From positions 124,001-188,000 of the forward strand of contig JAHLTZ010000011.1 of NCBI GenBank assembly GCA_025786725.1: a DNA stretch of 64,000 nucleotides, in the 5' to 3' direction. This document shows positions 54,413 through 64,000 of this stretch, piece by piece (the first letter of the stretch is position 1; each line of letters begins with the position of its first letter). A program made the translations under genes and the position numbers. This stretch comes from Syncephalis fuscata S228. Lineage: Eukaryota > Fungi > Zoopagomycota. The notes below the pieces were generated by a model. It saw only the letters and a program-made list of their open reading frames with translations, was not told the origin of the DNA and ran no database searches.

Positions 54413-56227
54413 ATGAAGCTTTCCATTGCCGTCGTTTGCACCGTCGTTGTGACTTTGACAGCCGCTACAACCATGGTTGATGCTAAACCAACCATGGTGG
54501 ATGATAAACCAACTTTGGTTGGTCGTGGTATGTTTTAATGACAATAGATATAGCGTATTATTGTGCTTACTAACAGTATTTCTAACTTAATAATAATAGC
54601 TCGTAAGTTGCATTATATATTAACTAACTATTCACTAATTATGTACCATGTATTATGCGTATAAATGACTTAATATTAATAGTGGGTAAGTTGTATTATA
54701 TATTGACTGACTATGCACTAATTATGTATCATTTATTATTGGTATAAATAACGTAATATTAATAGAGCGTAAGTTGTATTATATATTGACTAATCATGCA
54801 CTAATTATGTACCATGTATTATGCGTATAAATAAACTAATATTAATAGCATGTAAGTTGCATTATATATTGCCTGACTATATACTAATTATGTATTATGT
54901 ACTATGCGTACAACACGCTTAATATTAATAGGTTGTAAGTTGTATTATATATTGACTGACTATGCACTAATTATGTACCATGTATTATGTGTATAAATAA
55001 CGTAATATTGATAGGGCGTAAGTTGCATTATATATTGACTGACTATACACTAATTATATATCATGTATTATGTGTATAAATAACTTAATAATAATAGGGC
55101 GTAAGTTGCATTATATATTGACTGACTATACACTAATTATGTACCATTTATTATGTGTATAAATAACTTAATAATAATAGCTCGTAAGTTGCATTATATA
55201 TTATTTATTTTATTTTGAAGAGCTTGTGAGCCCCGCTGCGCATAATTAAAGAATTTGCGCTGCTTCCCACTATATTTGGACTTTTCCAAACTTTTAACGG
55301 GTGGACTGCCACGTTTTTGCGCAAAATCTGGTCCATATAGATTTTACACGGGGGCCATCTTCCTTTAAATGGTGCTACACAGCACTATTCTCTTGAAGTT
55401 GGTCCCAATTGGTTTTTCCTCGGCTATTCTGGCCAAGGTCTTGTTTCCGGACCTACTTATTGGTTCTGGTTTGCAATTTGTTAACTAGAGAAAACGGGGG
55501 GGGATTTTTCATTAAGGATTGGTTCAAACCTCAGTTTGAACCCGGAGCCTTCAGCTCGGGAGACGCTGCCTTACCAACTGGGCTAGCAACGTCCCCAAGT
55601 TGCATTATATATTAACTAACTATTCACTAATTATGTACCATATATTATGCGTATAAATAACGTAATATTATAGGGCGTAAGTTGCATTATATATTGACTG
55701 ACTATATACTAATTATGTACCATGTATTATGTGTATAAATAACGTAATATTAATAGGGCGTAAGTTGTATTATATATTGACTGACTATATACTAATTATG
55801 TACCATGTATTATGTGTATAAATAACGTAATATTAATAGCATGTAAGTTGCATTATATATTGCCTGACTATATACTAATTATGTATTATGTACTATGCGT
55901 ACAACACGCTTAATATTGATAGTGTGTAAGTATTATTATATATTGACTGACTATGCACTAATATGTACCATGTACTATGCGTATAAACAACTTAATATTG
56001 ATAGGGTGTAAGTTGCATTATATATTGACTAATTATGCACTAATTATTTACCATTCATTATGCATATAAATAACGTAATATTAACAGGTCGTAAGTAGTA
56101 TTATACGTTGACTGACCACATATTAACTATGCTATTTACTGATTGTACCGATTATTTAATATTAATATATTGATGACTTATAAATTAATTATATGACATA
56201 TAATATATATTTGTAAATACAGCATAA
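54413..56227 (+). CDS. Secreted 53-aa prepropeptide encoded by 16 exons, fourteen of them 3-nt micro-exons: MKLSIAVVCTVVVTLTAATTMVDAKPTMVDDKPTLVGR-ALEPCWRPRRPLWCP*
   Basis: Exon 1 is 54413-54527 (gtatgt donor, phase 1). Micro-exons start at 54600 ctc, 54683 tgg, 54766 agc, 54849 cat, 54932 gtt, 55015 ggc, 55098 ggc, 55181 ctc, 55674 ggc, 55757 ggc, 55840 cat, 55923 tgt, 56005 ggt and 56088 gtc; each is flanked by YAG and GTAAGT. The last exon 56223-56227 reads 'ca taa'. Confidence 0.8.
54590..56120 (+). repeat. 83-bp tandem array (80-nt intron + 3-nt exon), ~14 units, interrupted by a SINE
   Basis: Approximate unit: gtaagttgcattatatattgactgactatacactaattatgtaccatgtattatgtgtataaataacgtaatattaatag + NNN, recurring with an 82-83 nt period. 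Confidence 0.97.
55204..55596 (-). mobile_element. tRNA-derived SINE (~393 bp) with 18-bp target-site duplication
   Basis: The minus strand starts GGGGACGTTGCTAGCCCAGTTGGTAAGGCA (A box), contains CCGGGTTCAAAC (B box) and ends in an (AAAAT)n tail. TSD aagttgcattatatatta at 55186-55203 and 55597-55614. GC content is much higher than the flanks. Confidence 0.9.
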
Positions 56228-57854
56228 TCAATGGTTTCAAGACATCAGCATTGGTAGTGCAATCAAACCACTATTCCAATACACTATAGGTATATATTCG
56301 GTGAAAATCAAGATCATTTGACAACTACGCCGTCCAGTCTATTTATATATCAAGTTTTGGCCAATGCTCCGGTTTAGCTAGTTTTTAATCAATGGAATCA
56401 TTATTTTATCAACAGGCTTGCAATTAGTTGTTTCTATTCAACTGTGCAAGCTTATAGTAATAAATTTATGGTTCCATCTTAACTATATCTATAATCATGT
56501 TCTATTTGCATCCAATAATTGCCAAGTATTAATCAAATAGTTAAATTAACAAACTGTGTATGATTATATCATGTAAGCTATAAGCATATATTAGTATGGA
56601 TAGTAGCAAAGCTATTATTATCCTATAACCAAATAATAGTATGCTGAAATTAGCATAAATATGTTTTTTAATAAAACATGGTAACAAAGTATAGGATATT
56701 ATAAAACAAAATAAATAGACAAATCAAGTACGTGAATAGTGATAACAAAACTATACTGTATGCAATTGACCAAGAGTGATGAACGAAATAAATTAAAATC
56801 TACTAAAAGAATGCAGTTAGCAATAAACTTTTAGCTTTTATTAGTATAGCTTTTACAGTTTACAATATTAATTATATACACGGACATATGGTATATGTAT
56901 ACAGGATAGATATGTACAGTGCAATAATAATGATAAATAAATAGTTTATCACCATTGACACTCACTACCCAATTTCATCAACAATAAAACGAATTGTTGA
57001 TTTAAATGCGTAACTATTATAGTTATTTAACTGCCAAATCACATTAAACAACCAATAATATACTTAATATTATTGAAAAGTTATTTTTATTTAGTTAATA
57101 AAGATATCATAAGATTTAATACAAATCAAGTGGTTTAAATAATCCGCCACAGCACCCTCTTAAGCTTCTTTTGCCATGTTCCACGACTTTTCTAAATTAT
57201 GACACTGGAACAACTATCGCAATGTTTAGGAATGGATGCTAAAAGTAAACTGTTTTAGTTTGCCAATGATAAATGCCATGTTGACGGCATTATTTTGCAT
57301 ATCTTCACTCTTGCTTGATACACCAACCAATTAATTTGAGTTAATCAAAGCAATAATACTTTTATGTAATTCGGAATTAATTAATTGCTATATCTGATAA
57401 TTGAAACGCTCTAAACCAGTCTGATTTTATTTGTTAATTAAATTTAAATTTAAAAAATATTTATTAGCTAAATCATTTTTATTTTACATTACACTTTCTT
57501 CATCTTGATAGCTGTTTTAACTACTAGTTCAATACTATTAATACTAGTTTTACATATTATATTTTTGTATTGTATTTGTTAGTTGCATTTGCCACCAATA
57601 TATTGTTGGACATATTTTGGCAAATAGAACACGATCGGCATTACTGTTAATATTGCTACAATTAACTAAATTACGTAAATAAAGTTTAGATTAAATTTGT
57701 TGTATCTATTGTGATTATTTTTTCAAAATCCCCAATTCTACTTTAAGTCTCATATTTGAGTTTTCTAAGCAAATCGGTTTCAATTGAAAACATGTTGTCA
57801 TGCACAAGAAACATAGTTATAATGTTTTATTTAACTACTTTGAAATTTATGAGG

Positions 57855-58458
57855 CCAATTATTATTGTTGTTAGTCATGTGTACAAAAATTGATCGAATA
57901 TTAATAAAAGTCATTGGTCATGATTCCATGTCATTCCATATTAATTGTTGTTGCATCCATGTACAATATGGATTATTGCATTTGAATGATCTCTTTTATT
58001 TTTCGACCTTTTACTGTTGTGTTTTAAGCATATTTGCAATGTAAGATACTTATCTATGGCGACAAGAAGGTAGAAAGACTAGCGTTTCTGATGTTCACTA
58101 TTGTTTTGAGCGTTTTTGGTATCAACTTAATAGGCACAATTACTTTGCCAACCATTAATGAAGCAAATGACCTTCATTATATGCAATAATGATAGGTTGA
58201 GTGTCTTCACCAGGAAGATTTTGTAGCGACAGTTGTAACCAGAATATACGGCATACCATTGAGGTTACTTGAACAGGTGTTGATGCAAAATAAGAGAAAT
58301 AAAGACTAGGGATTAAATAGTGTTTTTATTGCTGTTCAAATACGCATGCTATTTATATTGTTATATTTGGCATTATCAGATAATATAATACTGAATAGAA
58401 AAATAAAATGGCAATAGGAAAAAAACTGTGAAATGAGTAAATAAAGATGTGGGAGTTA
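57855..58458 (+). repeat. ~590-bp direct repeat, copy B
   Basis: Near-identical to 52184-52778 with scattered SNPs and 1-nt indels. Confidence 0.92.
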
Positions 58459-59171
58459 AAATACAGTAGAAACATTAAAGTCATTTAATACTAAAGTTGT
58501 TATTATAGAGCATACTACCAATAAATTACTGAGTGCAATAGGAAATACAAGCAAAGCCAATGTTTTTTAAAGACAAGTGTAGTCATAGAAGGTGTCATTG
58601 TTAAAATAATGAAACATAGTCATATTCTAGACGATGAAGCAATAGACCAATAGTTTATATGAATGAATAAATAGTGCGATGTTAATGCCAGCAGAAACAT
58701 GCACTGTATATTCAGTACAATGGCAGTGGTGAACCAAGGCCTTCTGATTTCTTACCACCTATTATTATAAAAAGCCAAACTGACACTGTCGCATCAACAT
58801 TATAATTAAATCATAACATTTTATTGTAAGTAAAATGAAACACTATTTAATATTTATTTTATATTAAAAATTGTGTTGATTAATTGACACTGATTGATTC
58901 AATCAGAGTTGATACGACACTACTTCAACAAATAACACTTCTTAGTAGTAAAAGCTGATCGACGGTTTATTGTTTATTATTGATTTTTTTGTCCCAGTTT
59001 AAAAATAGGAATTCAAAGTACAATAGCTATATATATTAAATTGGGCACTTGAACATTTTTCTCGTAAAAAAAAACTCGCATCGAATCCTTCTAGACTTTA
59101 CTTGTCGAAATATATGGTACAATTTATGTATTTGTTGGAAGGTTGATACATTTTTATTTGCACTCTCACTA

Positions 59172-61456
59172 ATGTCAGAACACGGCATTTTTCCCGTTCT
59201 TGAAAAAGACGACTATCTTTATGGACAGCGTGGCGTGGCTCAAGTACGCGAATCGCTGTCGCGCCACAATCCTGCCCAGGTCATTGCTGAAGCACAGCGT
59301 CGTTTCCGCGTTAACGATGAACGTGTCACAACGGGCTATCCGCTGGCCGATCAGTTTGGCGTGTCGCGTCGAACCTTGCACGCCGACTGTATCGCTGCAT
59401 TAACACAGCTTATGGCCGATCGTATAGAGCAATCAAGTATGGACCATGTTCGGTAAGTGTAGTATACACATTCATGGATTGGATTACACGTCGACTAATA
59501 CTACGCTATATACATGCTATTTCTAGTTTTAAGGAATGCTTTGAAGCGACTTTTGACAAAATTAAAGAACCTGAATTACGCGCTGTACCAATGGCACTTT
59601 GTCGTAAACACCCCGAATGGGTACCAATGGAAGCTTATGATGAACTAAGTAAGGGCGATGTCTATGAGGTAAATATGCTAGTATTATAATTATAGATTAG
59701 ATATTAATTACACTAATGTTTATTATTAAGGCATGTCCATTGGAAATGAAACGTCGCTTATGGCTACATGACCACAACCTATTTGGTCAGTATATTCTAC
59801 CAACTGTCAAGGAATATATTGAAGATCCAGTCATTCGTAATATGGCTTGTGAGATGCGCGGCACTGATTTGGCTGCCTCTTCTAAAGAACGGTATGTATT
59901 ATACAGTTATTTGGCGTCCTATATATATATATAACTACTTATTTCTTATTAATTAGACGTGATCATCCAACGGTTAAAGAGCTGACTCGATTAATTGGTT
60001 GCAATCTACAATTATACAATGTCTGTCTTGGATTGCTACGTAGTTTATTTATACAGGATGGACAGCCAATGTTATGTATGCTACGATTTGATCTATTAAT
60101 GGCAATGCATGACGGGGATGTAAGAGAGGTAAGCTATATTTTACGGTATTTAATAGACTCGAATGTCATATTTATTCTATATTGTAGATTTGTGATGTAG
60201 ATCCTTGTCATAAACTTGTATGGTCATTGGATGCATGTATTCGTACACAACAACTCGATGAACGACGAGTCGATGAAATGCGACGATTCTTTGAAAGTGT
60301 AAAACATCGCGGTGTCAACGAAGGAGTCTATGGGTAATTAAACGTTATTATTTGTTAATATTAATTAAACTAATTGGTTGATATATATATATATATATAA
60401 CTTAGTGATCTAGGTATTGTACTTTATGATCCATTTGCTAGTAATATGATTGCTGGTCAATTACTACAGCATCTACATGGATATTCTGGCAAACTGGGAA
60501 AAGTAGGCGATATGAAGGTAATTAAACTGTTATAATATTGGTAGTAGTTGTTGACACATTGATAGACGGATAGAACTATTCAGTGGGCCTCTGTAGTATT
60601 AAATCTTGGTATTCATGCACTTCATATGATACGACAACGTGAATTTCAAATTCCTCGTGTACCAAAATCTGTCACTTCCGGTTTCTTTGGTGTACTTGTA
60701 CGAGTAATGGCCGAAGATCAACGTCACAGTCATCGACGATGGAATGGTACAGATCGACCAGCCGGTATTGGTAGTGAAATGGAAACAATTATGCGTGAAA
60801 GTGTAGTTGCTCAAATGGTAATTAAATTGATTAATTTATGGACATATAAATACTAATATATTGATATCGATTAGGTATTTGCCCATTATATTCTGGAACG
60901 ACTACAACGCGGTGACTTTCTCGCTTTATCCCATGCATTGCCATCATTTGTGGCTGCATTACCGACAACACTACCGCCATGTCCCCTTCTTGATCAGCTT
61001 ATTCAATCACTGGTGACACTGTTGCTTAACCAACATTTATCCACGCTTATTACGCAAGAAGCAGTCGGCCGTCTTATTATCGAGGAGTTTCTACTTAAAT
61101 GCGTTTCACGTACACCTATTGTGCACGATAAAACTATTCGATTAATTCAAGCGATCATATGGCGGGCTGACGGCACTATCGGCCGTACGGCTTATGGATG
61201 GGCCGCTCAATGCGCACAACAAGGCCATAAAATACTAGCCACCGATGCTAAGGTAAGTATAGTATATTGATATAGCATTGCTTTTAAATAACCACTTTTA
61301 TCAATAACACTCATCTAGCGACAGGATATTCTTCGTACCGAGTGTTATCTTCCAATCCTTGAACGATCTATGCCAACACCATGGCGTCTTACAAGAGAGA
61401 ATGCACCAGGTATATTTAATATTATCTACGGTGCCGCTATGGATATAGAGTCTTAA
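59172..61456 (+). CDS. NELFB: Negative elongation factor B (COBRA1) homolog, multi-exon
   Basis: 'ACPLEMKRRLWLHDHNLFGQYILP', 'VKELTRLIGCNLQLYNVCLGLLRSLF', 'CMLRFDLLMAMHD' and 'ICDVDPCHKLVWSLDACIR' match NELF-B (ICTVDPCHKFTWCLDACIR). Confidence 0.9.
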
Positions 61457-61745
61457 TAGACTATATACAAAAAACACTTTGGCAATGATTATTACTTCGT
61501 ATATAATATATAATATAACGTATAATATGTTTAATAATTGATACTGTATCAATGAATACGGATACGGTTACAATTTATAATAATAATAATAATAATAGTA
61601 ATATGTGGTTTGATAAAAAGTGTAATGTATCAATAGCATAAAAAGATAATTAATTAATATAATTAGTATATTTAAATAATAATATAATATAATTTATTCA
61701 CTCTCTTTATTATAAACCCAACCCATTAAACTCTCTGTTTTAACT

Positions 61746-64000
61746 CTAATCATCGACAAATACATGTTCGAAGAATTCGTTGAACGGTGTGGCCAGTGCA
61801 TAATTCTTCGACATTTCTTCAAGTAATTGCTGTCGACGTACATAAGCATCAAGTCGGCGCCAGTCACGTCGAGCTGGCTGTTGTCGATGAGCATGTAGTG
61901 CCGCACCTCGAATCAGTCCCGGTAAGGACTGTGCTGTGGCAATCATACCATTAAGTAATGGACCAAATGTAGCACTGCCATGACTATTGCCATGGCCCAT
62001 AGCACTACTGTTACTGTTATTACTATTACTATTATTTGCATTATTGGTAGTACTAGTAGTATGTGGATTAGTGGATGTTGTATTGGATGCACCTGTTGAT
62101 GTGTAACCATAGCCCGCTGCACCACTTATACTATTAGTATGTTGGTGTTGTGAGTGAGGTGACTGGATACTTGACGCTGTTGTAGGTGAGTCTGCATAAT
62201 AAACACTTGTATGCCCATTACCACCATTTGTTGTTGTTGTTGTTGTAGCAGCCTGTCGTTGTACAATACGTAACCAATAAAGACCAGGTAAACATGGTAA
62301 TGGATGTATAATAATACAGCCAACTGCAGTTGACTGTTCCGTCAATAAATGTGTATTAATAAACTCGAATGCTCCCGCTGGATCTTCTTGTACCCATAGA
62401 CAAGTAAGTGCATCCAGTGTCGATGATCGTCTAAATGTATTCCACGCATCAGATGAACAAATGTCTTCAGTCACTACACAGCCTGGCAGTAAATACGGTG
62501 TATGGAATTGAAAGTCGGCTTCATCGCTTGATTGATGTATAACTGTGCCTGATAGTAGTTGTTGTGCCCAATCCTCATTCTCATCAGCAGTTGAGATAGA
62601 TAATTGTTTAGCACAAGCTGGCACCTAGTAGATATAATAGATATGTATATACAGATATAAGTATTAATTAAATAATTGGCTATTCTATTTACCTGACGAC
62701 CTAGACTACCCAAGAATCGATCAAATTCAAGGGAAATTGATCCATTAAGTTCAGGATCAATAAGTCGTTCCTTTGTTGTTGGTTGAGTGCGAGCATAATA
62801 AATGGATACACCAATAATATCACGTCTAATTAATTAATAATTAGCTAATTAATACAAATAAAATAATTGTAATTAACCTACGTAGGAATAGTATCAAAAT
62901 CACTTAATGTATCAAGTAATTTATGATTCAATGGCAATACGGCAACATCACCTCGACTTTCCTTTCTTAAATAACCAATTTGTGCAGCAAATTGGCGGAA
63001 GAGCTGTGTTCTGTTTATAAAACATGGTATTAATATTAATATAACGCCAATCTACACTAAATAACTTACGGATTACTTGCTTGTCTTGGTTTGGGTGGAT
63101 AAACATAAGATGATCTATATAATAATAACAATAAATAATAGTAATAAATAATATAATAGCAACTTACTCAAATACCGTCGTTGATAATGGTAATGGATGG
63201 TTTTTTTCAAGTTCTGACTGGTCTTTCATCAATTGATCGACCAGTTCTGCTGCTCGAGCTGATTCTGTACCTTCGTTGAACATACGGTCAAATGCCGGTA
63301 TATACTGCTCGTTCACCGCTTCAACTCGTGCCACTCGTGGTGGTGCTGGTGGTGTAGGTGGTGCCGGACGTGGTTGGCGTTGTTCACGATTTGCATCACT
63401 TACGGCAATCGATCCAGAAGATTCAGCTGGCAAATGTTGTTCAAGGAAGTCGCTAGTAGCTAGTCGAGAAGTGGCCCTCGATACATGTTTGCCCATAAGA
63501 TCGCGGAACACTATAATGATTTCATCTTCTGTCGACGATAATGCCAACTCTTCAGTAGTTGTTGATTTCTCTACAAATCCTACCACAATGCGATGATCCA
63601 CTAGAATAAATCGAATACCATGATCGGCAATGGATGCTGATTGTTGTTGCTGCTGCTGTTGTTCAAGTAATCGACGTAATGGTGTTATATCGTCAATATT
63701 ATCGATTATTGGATTACATAGGTCGCGTGATCGTCGTACCATATCCATAAATCGATTAAGATGAATCTTTAATTCCCATTGAATAAAGTTGGCTTCACTA
63801 CTAAGCTCAACGCCAGCAATTAATGTCGGATAGCTTGATATAATACTAGTGGCAGCATTCATTGTGGTAGCCGCAGTTGTGGTGTGTTGCCCTTGGCCGT
63901 GAGCAGTAAGACTCATGGCGCGTGTACGAGCCAGTCGTTTAATGTCACGTTTTACTCGCCATGACATGCCATGGTCTTGCTGACTAGTTGTGGCGGCAGA
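61746..64000 (-). CDS. RalGAP beta-like / Rap-GAP superfamily protein, 3' part; the gene continues beyond the window
   Basis: 'IIIVFRDLMGKH', 'FDTIPTRDIIGVSIYY', 'EFDRFLGSLG', 'FQFHTPYL' and 'FGPLLNGMI...LPGLIRGAAL' resemble the RalGAP-beta C-terminal GAP-like domain. Confidence 0.65.

Noticed and set aside
55520-55596. Stand-alone tRNA gene
   Set aside because: The T-arm and acceptor stem do not close properly, and the sequence is the head of a TSD-flanked, A-tailed element.
55409-55615. 68-aa ORF
   Set aside because: Antisense read-through of the SINE with a non-ATG start.
54590-56120. CRISPR-like array (constant repeat with variable spacer)
   Set aside because: Eukaryotic context, 80-nt repeat with 3-nt 'spacers' and no cas genes. 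The repeat ends are exact GTAAGT/YAG splice signals.
54600-56360. Phase-0 reading of the micro-exons (LWSHVGGLGGHCGV...)
   Set aside because: The only strong donor after exon 1 (gtatgt at 54528) is phase 1, and phase 1 yields a stop immediately in the last exon.

Overview
Eukaryotic, AT-rich, intron-dense fungal DNA. An early-diverging fungus such as a Zoopagomycota/Syncephalis-like mycoparasite is likely; this is inferred from gene content (NELF-B, Aladin, RalGAP-beta-like, 7TM-RGS, a U12 intron, signal-peptide kinases). Recognisable genes: MSH5, an S8 subtilisin with PA domain, three related 7TM receptors (one fused to a split RGS domain), a divergent group-1 truncated globin, Aladin, Cue1-like, 5'-truncated CSN4 and Tpa1/OGFOD1 fragments, an ASH1-like SET methyltransferase, CINP/C1orf109-like, two secreted kinase-like proteins, UTP14, HAUS8/QWRF-like, RPC25, NELF-B and RalGAP-beta-like. 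The standout is 54413-56227, which the ORF track misses. An apparent 83-bp tandem repeat there is an array of near-identical 80-nt GT-AG introns separated by fourteen 3-nt micro-exons. Spliced, they give a 53-aa secreted prepropeptide ending in ALEPCWRPRRPLWCP*, with an intron in every codon of the predicted mature peptide. The array carries a tRNA-derived SINE with an 18-bp TSD, and the locus is bracketed by ~590-bp direct repeats. Also notable are a canonical U12 AT-AC intron in Aladin and an ~850-bp fold-back with G:U bias. Several genes show single-base frameshifts that are probably consensus errors. All family assignments come from motif recognition by eye; no database searches were run.
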